Below are positions 23,370 to 35,436 of a stretch of DNA of 54,090 bases, one piece after another. Where the stretch lies: NCBI GenBank assembly GCA_002256025.1, contig NKIB01013649.1:1-54090 (forward strand), read 5' to 3'. The notes below the pieces were generated by a model. The model ran no database searches and was not told where the DNA came from. It saw only the letters and a program-made list of their open reading frames with translations. The position numbers and the translations under genes are program-made. How positions within the stretch are numbered: the stretch's first letter is position 1; every line of letters starts with the position of its first letter. This stretch comes from Asterionella formosa (lineage: Eukaryota).

Positions 23370-24450
23370 TTATTCTATGCAATACCAGTGTTACAATGGT
23401 TTAAACTTGAAATGATTGGTAATGATGCTGTGCAGGACAGGACTGCAGGTTTACGGAATAACCCACTCAAAGTATCTTGTCTTGTTCATTCCTCATTGTG
23501 AAAGATGATCCCTTCCGGGAGAAATCGATTTTGAAATGATGGTACTAGAAATTGGACCAGTGGCTTCCACATATGAAATCATGCTGTTGTTGTGTCCTAC
23601 TTGAGGATCCACAATCGCCTGGCTGGTTGTCTGGGTTGGCAATAAATAAATTCAAAAGGGACTGTAATTCTTCCTCTCTGGCAACTAAAATCAGCGTTGA
23701 AAATAGGATTATCGACAGGGGATCCAATCGAGGCGACATATAATAGACGAGCTTTGTACTTAGGGAGGAAGCAATGCATAACATTGTAATGTTAGAAGAA
23801 GCTAGGTCTGTATATTTGCTTGTTGTCAACAGTTGGATTGATGGTTCGTACCAGTAGAGTACACCTGGTGTAGTAGGGCCAGGGACAGTCTTCCACATTG
23901 GTATCCCATTTCAGATCGAAGACGCAACTATTCGCTCCTTTTGAGCTTGCAGATTTTGAAAGGGCTCTCACACGAGACTGATGCGGACAGTTTCATTGTC
24001 ATACTAGGTGAGGAGTCCATATTGAGCCCGCACAGATGTTCTTCTGCCATGGCTATTCTCCGTGTGTTACGTTCAATCGAATCGACTCTCGCAGTAGTAC
24101 AACATAACAGCCATCACACTGACGGCTTTTTCATTATGAATCGCACTACATAGCATAACAAGGATATTATTGATGCGCCATTGGCTGCTTTGCTTCTCGT
24201 TTGTCCACTCCAAGCGACACGAGCGAGTATACTGTTACCGGTACAATATCTCTTCGGTGACAGTTCAATTTATCACGGCGATGGTTTTCGCTACTTTTTC
24301 TACCTTTCATTGGCTTGTAGTGGTAACTCCATACTGCCTCATCGTTCGTGACAGAAGCATTCGCAATTTTTTGGCGGATGCTGACAGTGGTGTTCGCAAT
24401 TCATGTTGTCACCTGCCGTTGTATTGGCTGATGTCATCAAAGAGAACAAG
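23370..24450 (-). pseudogene. Pseudogene paralog of the coiled-coil gene, copy 2
   Basis: Nucleotide-homologous to 18772-19860 with multiple in-frame stops. SAIHNEKAVSVMAVMLYYCESRF resembles QAMSKSRIVSISVLYVEAKL. Confidence 0.7.
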
Positions 24451-24612
24451 ACATCTCCATCTGTGCAGGATCGCACGTGGGATTCTAGAGTTATTTAGTG
24501 TTCGCACTCTTACAGTATTAAAAAAGTACCAGCACTTTCATTGATGATTCCTATGTATCATACACATATCAAACCCTTCATAATACTTTCATCACCCGTG
24601 ACTGATGGTTAA

Positions 24613-24627
24613 GGGCCGTTCTTATCT
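24613..24627. mobile_element. Solo Harbinger-type TIR remnant
   Basis: TAA followed by GGGCCGTTCTTATC, identical to the first 14 nt of the TIR at 6000. Absent at the equivalent site in unit 1 (~20040). Confidence 0.6.
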
Positions 24628-25284
24628 TTCTGTCACACTACATACATTACATGTTTTAGAACATATTCATTTACCATTTTTAATAATATTATTCGTCTCC
24701 ACAGCTCTTATTGATTTCATTGAATGGTTCGTTCACGTCTAGTATGTCATCATCATTAGTCGAATCGGTATCAGGTACCTGGTACTACCAGTTGTATTTA
24801 GCCGTAGGGAGTAGTCGCCTGTACCGAATGAACATGCAGCCCAAGACTTTCAAGACGTGCGAGAGAAATACCCAGGCACACTATCTGGTATAACAGGTAC
24901 CGAATGCACATGCAGCCAAGATTTGCAAGATGTGCGTGAGAGAACCCCACTTTTTCGACACCAGGAGGCAGCAGTCTTGGATTTCAATACTCGGTTTGCT
25001 CCTATGTTCTGTTGGAAGAATTTGGAGCTCTCATTTCAGTGTTCGGTGCGTTTGATCTACTTCAACAGAGACGAACGAAGCCAGCACTACGAGAAGCCCG
25101 GCATCAGTTGCAATCCTCCTCGTCAGGTACACCTCGTGGAGACAATACGAGTAGTTCTTTGCTTCTCATTCGGAAACAAACCATTATTATTTTCATTTTG
25201 TTTTCGTCTCATAAAACACATTTCCTTCACTTTTTACAGTCAGGTACTAGATACACTAACTAACGAAGAAAATCATCATCCAAC

Positions 25285-26265
25285 ATGAAGTTCACTGCTG
25301 CTACTCTTCTCGTCCCAATCCTCCTTCTGGTGAAACAAGACCATTCCGCGGCCCAAGAGGAAGAACACTCCATTCGTGGCCTCAAATCGCCACCTGCTCC
25401 AGCGCCCTACAAAGTTACTTTTGACCAGGCACTCACAAACCCTGGTGTGTACTATGGAACAGGTAATAATGTTGGTGATCCTAATACATGGACAGTTGGT
25501 ATCAGCAGCACTAAAAATGTAAATGGAAGGAAACTCAAGATTGGTCTGCGTGGCAAGAAACGTTACCAGCCCGAATACCCCCAGTTCAACCCACATGATG
25601 ATTACTACATTTTCAATGTGGGATCTGGATTGGATAACTCTCTTCCGCCCGTCTCTACAGGATTGCCCGAGTGGAGCTTTGACTATGAGTTTGATTCCGA
25701 TGTTGGATGCGCTGCCACCACTGCGACCAGTAACACCTGTAATCCCCTTGCCACATATGCGTATGAAGTGGCAATGGATGTAGATCCGACCATCAAGACA
25801 AGATGGATTACAGGCGACCCCATCAATGTGCTTTACGCTGACCATGATTTCGGGCAATCTGATACGGTTCAAGCAACCAAATATAAAGCAGGCAACCAAC
25901 CAGACTATCATACTGCAATTACTGGTGGAAAATGGCATGTGGTACAGAATTCCTTCAACTACGGCTTCTTAGCGGGGATCCCTCCTGAACACTTTAGTGG
26001 ATTTATATTGAATCGTCAACTCGTCAATACTGAAGCCATATATGACGTTGTGCTTTCCATCAAGAACAAGACAACGGGACAAGTTTTGGTCAAGACGTCT
26101 ATTCGATTCCTTGTCAAGGACCAAGAGAAGTGCAATATTCGAGGAAAGTGCTTCCCAACTGTTGCAGCCGACTGCAACAAGTCCAACATTGGCAAATTCA
26201 ACATGTTCTTTACAAGCAAAGATACCAAGGCATGTGAGGACTTTGTCAAAGGCATCAAGCAGTAA
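25285..26265 (+). CDS. Secreted 326-aa protein, paralog B
   Basis: Same architecture as 20720-21700, with near-identical termini and divergent internal loops. Confidence 0.9.
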   Translation: MKFTAATLLVPILLLVKQDHSAAQEEEHSIRGLKSPPAPAPYKVTFDQALTNPGVYYGTGNNVGDPNTWTVGISSTKNVNGRKLKIGLRGKKRYQPEYPQFNPHDDYYIFNVGSGLDNSLPPVSTGLPEWSFDYEFDSDVGCAATTATSNTCNPLATYAYEVAMDVDPTIKTRWITGDPINVLYADHDFGQSDTVQATKYKAGNQPDYHTAITGGKWHVVQNSFNYGFLAGIPPEHFSGFILNRQLVNTEAIYDVVLSIKNKTTGQVLVKTSIRFLVKDQEKCNIRGKCFPTVAADCNKSNIGKFNMFFTSKDTKACEDFVKGIKQ

Positions 26266-27240
26266 AGGTGCATTGCACGTTCCCATCAAGAGTATTACCT
26301 GGCAGGATGAATAGGTGCATACGTTTATATTTATTGTAGTTGTGGCTGATCGGAGGAGGAGGACGGTGGTATACCAAAAAAGGCAATCCTGCGGTGTTTG
26401 CATGTTGCTTACATACCGTTTATTATTTATATTTTATGACATGATGTTTTATTCTGGTACTTTGTAATGACTGCTGGTAACTACGTACATGCACATCAGG
26501 TATTTAAAATACAGATATATGCATACACATGTATTTATAATATCGGTATACAGGTACATGATATTTGAAGCTTCTTCGATGTTATTCATCTATGTACCGG
26601 TAACTGCACAGCACTCCTCTTATGCTACGTACTACCGGTATATGGCTCGGTCCAATGTTTCTGTAAACAAGAGGAAACCACCCGAGGTAGGTTTGTGTTG
26701 ACATGGTATGTATAGAAACTATAACCCTATCCACTAGACTACTCCAATCACCATGGCTAGTCATGGTGCTTTTTTCTTGTTGTAATTGCGTTCATCTGCC
26801 CTCGTCAACTGCAGACATTCTTCATAATGATGCAACAGAAGGGTCAATGACTAGATCGAATTGTAAAAAGAGAGAAAGTTCGGAAGGCAATTTCATCGGT
26901 CATCGGCTCAATTGAAAGTGAATTTCGCCAGCGCCCTTAAACGTTTTGATGATGCATCTTCAAATGATTTGACATTTATCGAACCGGTAGTCTATACTGC
27001 CTGCAGTTCCGAGCAAAATATCATCGATGATGCAAGCATGACAGCGTCAAAACAAAGAGGTGTTATTCGACGTCGTTGGGGAGTGTTCCTTATGATTGCA
27101 TACCAGTACCTGAATCATGTACCGGTATTGTGCACTCAGCAATGGTCTACGAACATAGGAGTATACATTAATAAAAGCCAGCACACGGATACGAAGCAGG
27201 GGAAGCGAGTACATGATTTAATGATGGGTCTCGATTTAGT

Positions 27241-28227
27241 CTATGCAGCACCAGAGTTACATTGGTTCAAACTTGAAATAATTGTTGGCGATGTCCAGGA
27301 AAGGACTACAGGCTTTCGGAACAATCCACTCAAAGTCTTGTTCATTTCTCGCTTTGTAGGATGATTCCATGTGGGAGAAGTCGATTTTGATATGGTAATA
27401 CTAGCAATTGCATCAGCAGCTCGTACACATGCTGCACTGCTCCTGCGTCCACCTTGTGGAACCACAATCGTTTCGTCCGGGTTGGAAATAACTAGCTTAA
27501 TTGAAGAAGTAGATGTTGCAGCTCGCACAAGCAACGGCATTTTCAATCCTCCTTGTGGAGAAGCCCTTTTCGGTGAAAGCGATCTTGTCCAAGAAGTACA
27601 ATTAGTAATCGAACCAGCTCGCACAAATGATGTTCTGCGTACACCTGATGCTGCTGGTTCAGTGATCTCCTCATCCAGGCTGGGTTGAATGACTGGCTTC
27701 AGAAGTCCACGTAATTGGGCCAATTGTTGCTGTTGCTCCGCAATCGTCGAGATATACTTCTCTTTGAGTTTAGAACGATTCTTTCCAACTTTGGCATGTA
27801 ATAGATCAAAGTAGTTTTGACACAACTTCTTTTCGTCTTTCATTTGATCCATTAGGGTATCCATTTGGTCGCAAACATCGCTGCACATCTTTTTTTGAAT
27901 ATGAGCTTGATGTTCCAGTGCGCCCAACTGATGTTCAGTTCTGCAAAGTTTTGCTTCAACGTATAAGACACTGATACTCACGATTCGGCTTTTGCTCATG
28001 GCTTGAGCGTATACAAGCGAATTGCTGTTCGTCCCCAACTCTGTTTCACTGGCTTGTTTGTATTGACGCTCTAGGGCAGCTTTCCGTCTTTTCATCGTTG
28101 CCATATCCAAACGATGGCGGAGTGCAGTGTGGCGATTGGTAGCACGTAAACGTTCGAGCTCTTGTCGCGTATCGGCAAGTTGTTGATCCAGTGCAATCAT
28201 AGTGGTGGAGGTGGTTCTCGTCGTCAT
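27241..28227 (-). CDS. Coiled-coil protein of unknown function
   Basis: 328-aa ATG ORF; heptad-like Q/E/K/L-rich N-terminal half and S/R/P-rich tail. Confidence 0.75.
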   Translation of the reverse strand: MTTRTTSTTMIALDQQLADTRQELERLRATNRHTALRHRLDMATMKRRKAALERQYKQASETELGTNSNSLVYAQAMSKSRIVSISVLYVEAKLCRTEHQLGALEHQAHIQKKMCSDVCDQMDTLMDQMKDEKKLCQNYFDLLHAKVGKNRSKLKEKYISTIAEQQQQLAQLRGLLKPVIQPSLDEEITEPAASGVRRTSFVRAGSITNCTSWTRSLSPKRASPQGGLKMPLLVRAATSTSSIKLVISNPDETIVVPQGGRRSSAACVRAADAIASITISKSTSPTWNHPTKREMNKTLSGLFRKPVVLSWTSPTIISSLNQCNSGAA

Positions 28228-29239
28228 TTGATGATTGAGTTCTTGCGTTGATGAAAGTATTGCTACTTTGATATTATGCCAAGACTGGTCCGGAATTTAG
28301 AAATGAGATTTTGCTAATTTCGATAAAAACATTTTTATGAGAGAATGATGGTTCGTTGAGGAACTGTTCACCGAGCGACATGGGAAAATGGGATTGGACT
28401 TTCTCCGAAACCATGAAATCATAAAATTACATAGAATGGTCATGAGATGGTACCCCATCATTTAGCAGGCCACAAAGTCATAATGCCAGTTACACATTTG
28501 TAATTTTATTTATTGTGGGGGTATCCCAATTACGCTTTTGTCGTATACAGTGACTGGGCTTTCGTTCATAATAACAAAATAATAGTGGGCTTATTATTAT
28601 GTTAAAATAAGAAACTTCAGCACCGAATATGGGGGGGCATTTGAATTTCTAAAGTATGACATAAAAGTCTGTTTAACAAAACGAAAAATGACTTTGGATC
28701 CGAATCAGGTGATAAAACCCGATCGATTTGCCGTTTCTTTCGTGTATAATAGTATCACTCTCCGGGTCCACGAAAGAATGGTTTTGGTCCCAACTTAGGC
28801 AATTATACCGACGTAGCGATGGCAATCCCGAAAGGTACCAGGTACCTGGTAATAACATATAGCAAAGTGCAATGATTAAAAATCTAAGCTTTCCTCTTTT
28901 TTCCCGGACCTCCATTATACCGGTACAAAGGGGGTGGTCATCATTAAAAGTTCAGATGTCACGACGAAGCGTAATGATATTCACCTTTATGACTATGGGT
29001 AATGTGAACTGAACTGATATTGAATTGAATTGTCCACGAGAAAGTCTAGGATCACTCAAAAAGCCAGCCATTATCCAATTTTGAAGCAAGCGCTGGACCA
29101 ATTTTTTTGAATAATTCATAAGAAAATCGTGACATTTGAAATATAGCATGGACAGAACAGCATCAAGCATTTGGAACGAGCATGAATTGCATGGTCGCAA
29201 AATGAGGAACGAAGTTGACCTCTTCTGTGGCGATATTCA

Positions 29240-29517
29240 ATGTTGTTGTTGCAAAAATCGGAGTGATGAGGGGCGGATGGAAATGACGAGCCAAATTACA
29301 TTACTTGAACTGGTACATTATCCTACCAAGAAATTCGAATACAGGAATCAAATAGAAAAAATACATATAATAATTAAATATATGTAGTCAAAAGGGTTAC
29401 TATTTAAATTACGAGGGCATTTATCACAATTATTAGATGATATAACGAAAAATTATGATCAGATGATCATAATCCTATGATGCATGATGGAAATATGATG
29501 GTTTTTATTTGCAGACG
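29240..29517 (-). mobile_element. Inverted copy of the left end of the 1061-4945 transposon family
   Basis: Reverse complement aligns with ~1061-1335, including the TIR TTTTTATTTGCAGACG ending at 29517. Confidence 0.85.
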
Positions 29518-30149
29518 TTCTTTGATCTTTTCCTTACTTTCTTCTGCTTCTTTGTCATCTCTATCTCTTGCAGCCCTGTTAGCTGTAATTGTGGCAAGTG
29601 CACCATACCCCAAAAACGCAAGGAGTCTTGGCTGAAGTTTTCCATTGACAATGATGCATGACATGATGAATGCTTTTTTACATTTTACACGGATGTCTAG
29701 TATTATGCATTTTTATGCTGCTGGTGCCGTATATCACAGAATAATGTTGGACTGTTGTTAGTTGGTAAAAACAACTTCATGTCCAATTAGAATCCACAAA
29801 AATCATACTGACACATCAACAGACAATTTTGATCAAACATCTTGTTATGTCATAACATGTTTTACTATTAGAAACTTTATCAGAGATTTTTTTATTTTCT
29901 CAGTCCTAAGGAAATAATCCAGAGGTTGTAATACTGGCATGTCAGATTCTTTCCAGATAGGCTGAATTCAGACTAATATACTTGATTTGCTTGCTCAACC
30001 TAAATTTCAATCTGCCCATTGTCCCTGCCTTGTTGTTGAATTCATTCTATATTTCTTTCAAAAAAACTCAAGGTTTAAAACAAAATTCAGATACATGAGA
30101 AGTCGCTCTGTCTGTCAAAATAATCGCAAAAATATAAGTGTGGAATCAT

Positions 30150-30740
30150 GGTGTGAAAGGAAAATTGGTAACAGGCAAAGCAAGATGTCGTCATTTCATG
30201 CCATTTCATCTACATTCACCTATCACTGTGGGTCCAAAATCACCATGTGAATATTGCAAATGGTTTTCTACTCGAAAGAATAACAGTGCTGCAGAGGGAG
30301 ATTCAAAAATCAGGCGAAGAAGTGATCATGGCCACCATTGCTTGTGGTCACAGCCCCAGAAGTATGGATGATGCCTGTACAGCTGATCTGCTATCCCCAT
30401 GAAAAAAGGCAAGGTCATTTCTGAAGTTAATCTAAACTTCTTTTACTATTATTAAGGTGATTACTAGTATACTTGTTGAGGAAGTAGAAGAAGATGAAGA
30501 GATGCCATCTGATCTCCTTGAACAAACTTATCAATCATTCTGGCTCATTTCATGATGCTGATGATGTTGCCCTGCTTGCAGCTGTTTTTGTTGGCACTGA
30601 TGATGACAATGTCCTAGCACCTGCAAATGTTATTTGTCCCAATGAATGGGTAATCAATTTTTTTGATAATGAGTTCTGGGAGCATTCAGGAATTTCTTGT
30701 ATGTGGCTTGTTTTGCAGATGTCTGGCAAGAAAACCACCA
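30150..30740 (+). pseudogene. Possible N-terminal relic of a piggyBac-like (DDE_Tnp_1_7) transposase
   Basis: GTDDDNVLAPANV...EFWEHSGISC and YIHLSLWV..LERITVLQREI resemble N-terminal motifs recalled from diatom piggyBac-like ORFs. No catalytic domain visible. Confidence 0.35.
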
Positions 30741-31271
30741 AGACAATATCCCCTTCCATTTATATTTTATAAATTGTATGAGGGAACCACCAATTGAAAG
30801 GTTTCACTGAGGAATTGGATGACACAAGGAACTAACCACCAAAAATATTTTGATAATACAGATGAGGCTATTCACAACCACTACAAATTTGAAGAACATG
30901 ATGAAAAAGAAAAAGAAGAAGATGAAGTAGTTGGGCCTCAAAGGGAGACTGAAATCAGCCCAACGACGAGTCGGAAATTACCCAATACCATAAAAAAAAT
31001 ATGTACCAGTACCAGGTACCCGGTAACATTATGGTTGTGGTCAGGATAGGTGCCTGATGCTCATGTCTGTGTGGTGAAAAGGGTGCCCCGTAAACAGCAT
31101 ACGATGTGATGCTGTGCAATAATGTAAAAATCCTACCACGTCCCCCTCCTTGAAACGATGGAGCTCATATGATAAAAGCTCTAATAATAAAAACAATACA
31201 GTAAAGTTTTATATTACATACCGGTATTTTATTCTATATTGTCTCATGTATGCATTTGGAAACAAACCATC

Positions 31272-32156
31272 ATGTCAACGACTGCCACCAAGAGATTGAA
31301 TGCCCTTGTTGTGGGTGGAACAAGTGGTATTGGTCAAGGAATTGCTCTGGCATTGGCGAAGCGCGGATGTAATGTGACTGTTGTTGGTCGCAATCCCAAG
31401 AATGTCTTGTCTCTGTTGGCTGCGGCATCAGCATCATCAGTAGCAGCTTCATCTGCATCAGTATCAGGACAACAACAACAACAACCGCGCCACTCCTTCA
31501 TTCAGGCGGATGGATTTGATCTTGCCTCATTTGCTAAATTGCTACCTAATGATGATGCTGATGCACCCGATTTGCTTGTCATGACTCAGGGGATGGCCAC
31601 GACTCAGGGATATACACCAACTATTAATGGCATGGACCAGAAACTACAATTGCATTGCTTTTCACGAATATATCTAACTCAACTTTTGGCACCGCATATG
31701 AAGGACGAAACTCGGGTATTGACAGTGTTGTCTGCTGGTGTACATTCACGATACAACAAGTACCAGGATGACTTTTCTCTCCAACACAATTATTCCATCG
31801 TCAATGCTGCAAATGCTGCTGGCTTTTATACCGATGTTGGCTTTGAGCAACTCACTCATTTGTATCCAAAGATAATCTTTTGTCATGCTGCACCTGGATT
31901 TGTAAATACCAACTGGGGAACAGAAATGCCATGGTACCTACGGGGTATTGTACGTGCCCTTCAACCATTGTTGGGACGATCCTTGGAATTATGTGGAGAA
32001 ATCTTGACAGACGCATGGCTGCAGTTGCCCATGGATGGCAACTATCATTTGATAGACCGAGATGGAAAGCCTACCAAACGTGGAGTACAGCACAAAGGAA
32101 CAGAGGAAGCTAAAGTGATTTGGAACAAGATCTTGGAATTGCTTCCCAAAGTGTGA
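31272..32156 (+). CDS. Short-chain dehydrogenase/reductase (NAD(P)-binding Rossmann fold)
   Basis: ALVVGGTSGIGQGIA, VTVVGRN and HAAPGFVNTN motifs. First ATG at 31272. Confidence 0.9.
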   Translation: MSTTATKRLNALVVGGTSGIGQGIALALAKRGCNVTVVGRNPKNVLSLLAAASASSVAASSASVSGQQQQQPRHSFIQADGFDLASFAKLLPNDDADAPDLLVMTQGMATTQGYTPTINGMDQKLQLHCFSRIYLTQLLAPHMKDETRVLTVLSAGVHSRYNKYQDDFSLQHNYSIVNAANAAGFYTDVGFEQLTHLYPKIIFCHAAPGFVNTNWGTEMPWYLRGIVRALQPLLGRSLELCGEILTDAWLQLPMDGNYHLIDRDGKPTKRGVQHKGTEEAKVIWNKILELLPKV

Positions 32157-32245
32157 GGAGAATAGTATTTGGCACTAGTTTTGTTTTGTTCATTTCGTTC
32201 TTGTTGTCAACACAGCCCCAGCCTGTCATATGCATGTATGGGCAT

Positions 32246-32247
<2 letters not shown>

Positions 32248-32279
<32 letters not shown>
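32248..32279. repeat. (AC)n microsatellite
   Basis: About 16 AC units. Shorter runs: (CA)n at ~34903-34923 and (TA)n at ~22129-22149. Confidence 0.95.
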
Positions 32280-32281
<2 letters not shown>

Positions 32282-33178
32282 CAAATGCAAAGGTACTAGG
32301 GTATATTGCAAAAACACAGAAGAACGGATGATTTACTTTACATGGCAATATGAATGTCCACCTCAACTACTACTACGGTCCTTTCATTGCTAAATTCTAC
32401 AAGAGCGGAGACTAACTTTCTTGGAAATCCGGTATAATATAGGATGTAAATTCATTGTTATGATATGTAGCTTTCTGCGAGGAAAGTTATAATCATGGTA
32501 CCAGCCATAACTAGCTACCGGGACTCTACTTACAAAAGTATTTATTAGTGGAGTAGACTTTAGGATGTGATCCTTAATCTTGCAATAGGATGGTTCACAT
32601 GTCAGCGCTACAATACATTCATACACAGATTATTTAGAACATGCATCGCTCAGTCATTGCTCAGGCAACCATGCATCACCACAACAAAAAAACAAGAGGT
32701 CTCATTATTGTACCGTAGAAAAGGCGGTCATTACTTCAACCAAACCATATGGCTAAATTTCTCATCTACAGCAACCTTGCACAGTAGAAAGTACACACAG
32801 TATATACCATGTTGACTCTGGCCGTCTGGAACTTCGTCATCGTGCATGCATCAGGCAGCAAAATGATACTAACCAACCACCATTCATCGTCACATAAAAC
32901 CTCTGCCCTTCCATCATTGTCACATGATTTTCATTGTTGCAATCAACAAGAATCTCATCATTCCATCATTTCTTGTGATTTACTAAAACCACAACACCAC
33001 TTTTGTGTTTTGTCATCACCATCTTGTACTGCTGCTCTCTTATGTATCAGATATAGCAAGAAGCAACCCCCTCCTGTCGCGGGCACGTTCACTATTTTTG
33101 TGGCTTTTCCGGCGGAAATCTTTGTAATCCTGGTGTACTGGGGGAGTACCAGAGTCTACGTAATTTCTACGCCTCAAA

Positions 33179-34834
33179 ATGACAACCTTCGTGGCTCCTA
33201 CTACTGCTACAACCACAGCGGAAGACAACGATCATGACTCGTTAGCTACCACAACGGATGCATACTCCTCCAGTTCCAACCACCATTATAGACCAATACT
33301 AGTGGGATATGCCTTTGGACCCAAGAAAATGAGTACCATGGGAGTTGTCATGGCCGAAGCCAGCAAGACCAAAGTATCGGCGAATTCTAGTACCAGTATG
33401 GGAACCCTAGAGCATCCGTATGAGGAAGATGCCACAAGTCTACTAGTAGTACCACGTACTGTTCCTATTCATTCTGGATTGAATGCCACCATGTTGGAAA
33501 GCTGCAGCAACAACCATAGCAACAGTAACAACACGGCTCTGTTGCTGTCATCTGCACCTACTACTACTACAACAACAACATCATCATCATCATCATCACA
33601 CCATGACTATTTCTCAAACTCAAATATTGTCTTTTCCATTTCGGGTGGACCATCAGGGACTGGCTTGAAACACATTGTACGTTATTTTAGAAAAAATTGC
33701 AGTTCGTGCCAAGACGATCATGACGAAGACGACACGGCTAGTATGACAAAGACATGGTCCACAGCGTCCTCGTCGTACCATCTCCCGATTCGAAACGTTT
33801 CCTTTGTACCATTGGATTTGGACTCACCTCTGGAGGAACAACATGGTGGACACTTTGATGTTATTTTACATAAAATGACTGAAGATTGTTTGGTATTGAG
33901 TCAAGTCGATGACACTTTGAAAGGCCTTGTACAACATGGGACGGAGATGGAATTACAAGAGGCACTATCAGATCATGCATCATCACTCCACCAAAATTCT
34001 ACTGCTGCTGCGCCATCATTATTGCGAATTCACAGGTTAATTCAATACCAACGAGAACATGCTCAGCATTGTGCTGTGGTGGACCACCCATCTAATGTAC
34101 AAGTTGTCATGTCTCGATTGGAAATTGCGACTCTCTTGCGAACATCCTTAAACGGCGTGTGCAGTACCAGTGGTATTCCATGTCAAACACCACGATTTGT
34201 CCATTTTACATCAGCCACACCACCTCATCACCACAACTTGAATTATCCACTCATTGCCAAGCCACTTACTGCAGCAGGAACAAAGAAATCACATTGTATG
34301 GGAATAGTATTACATGAAGCAGGGTTGAAACATATTGGTTGTACTCCCTGCTTACTGCAAGAATATGCCAATCACAATTCCATCTTATTCAAGGTGTATG
34401 TCTTGGGCGATACGGTACACGTCTTTTCTAGACCAAGTATACCAGATTTGCCAACACATCCAAATGACTTGCAACATTTAGATCCATATGTAGAGTTTGA
34501 TTCTCAACATCCCTATCCTACATTGGCAGACTTTGGTTTGTCGTCCGACATTATGCCATCTCCATCATCACTACTTGATAATGGTGATGATTATGATCTG
34601 AAACACCCGGCATCATCATCATTTCTATTACAACCAGAAGACCTTACCCCCATTGTTGCATCCTTGAGGAATGCATTTGGATTGGAGTTGTTTGGATTTG
34701 ATATCCTTCATGCCGGTCATGTTTTGTTGGTTGTTGATGTCAATTACTTTCCATCCTACAAGGAAGTGGACAATTTTCCAAATTTATTGGCCAAATATTT
34801 GACACATCGGGCTATTCAAAACAGAAAGAAGTAA
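33179..34834 (+). CDS. ITPK1: Inositol 1,3,4-trisphosphate 5/6-kinase (ATP-grasp)
   Basis: VGYAFGPKK, PLEEQ..FDVILHKMT, YPLIAKPL..SHCMGIV, LQEYANH..FKVYVLGD, LFGFDI and VDVNYFPSY motifs. Confidence 0.92.
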   Translation: MTTFVAPTTATTTAEDNDHDSLATTTDAYSSSSNHHYRPILVGYAFGPKKMSTMGVVMAEASKTKVSANSSTSMGTLEHPYEEDATSLLVVPRTVPIHSGLNATMLESCSNNHSNSNNTALLLSSAPTTTTTTTSSSSSSHHDYFSNSNIVFSISGGPSGTGLKHIVRYFRKNCSSCQDDHDEDDTASMTKTWSTASSSYHLPIRNVSFVPLDLDSPLEEQHGGHFDVILHKMTEDCLVLSQVDDTLKGLVQHGTEMELQEALSDHASSLHQNSTAAAPSLLRIHRLIQYQREHAQHCAVVDHPSNVQVVMSRLEIATLLRTSLNGVCSTSGIPCQTPRFVHFTSATPPHHHNLNYPLIAKPLTAAGTKKSHCMGIVLHEAGLKHIGCTPCLLQEYANHNSILFKVYVLGDTVHVFSRPSIPDLPTHPNDLQHLDPYVEFDSQHPYPTLADFGLSSDIMPSPSSLLDNGDDYDLKHPASSSFLLQPEDLTPIVASLRNAFGLELFGFDILHAGHVLLVVDVNYFPSYKEVDNFPNLLAKYLTHRAIQNRKK

Positions 34835-35436
34835 GGCATTATTGTGTTTGTTATTTGATGTTGTTTGAAGGTGGCGACAAGAATGTGTAAAATACACTAT
34901 TCACACACACACACACACACACAAGCACTCTTACGCTCTCGTCGCTCTTCGTGGAATGAATAATAATAGCAACAACGCCTGCGCATACGATTAAAATAGA
35001 TTTAGACTCTTTTTGAATGATCCAGTATGAATTTTGTTGTTGAATAAATTACCTTTTTAGAAATCTTCGCGTCTTGTGAGATCTTGCCATTTTTGCTCAA
35101 CATATATTTCTTTTAGAGCTACTTGCTATTGTAGTACACAATGAAACGCTGGGTGATGGATGACACACGGGTTGTGTTTTATACAAAACAATTTATGAAC
35201 ATTGAACTTTGTATATAACAGTATACATCACATGTTTACTCACGGCCTCGTTCAAAATCACCCAAGATGTGCAAGTCCAAAACCTTTCTTGTTCTCGTCT
35301 ATTTTAGTTTGTTGCCAAACAGTTTCTCCATAAGGAACGAATGATACATACTATTTAAACGTAGTAAAAACAACTAATATATATGTATTAATTAATATCC
35401 AATCGACACTACTAACCCTACCAACAAAGAAGAAAG

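Larger units (their letters stand above)
23115..26505. repeat. Segmental tandem duplication, unit 2 (~3.4 kb)
   Basis: Colinear with 18591-21965. Confidence 0.9.
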
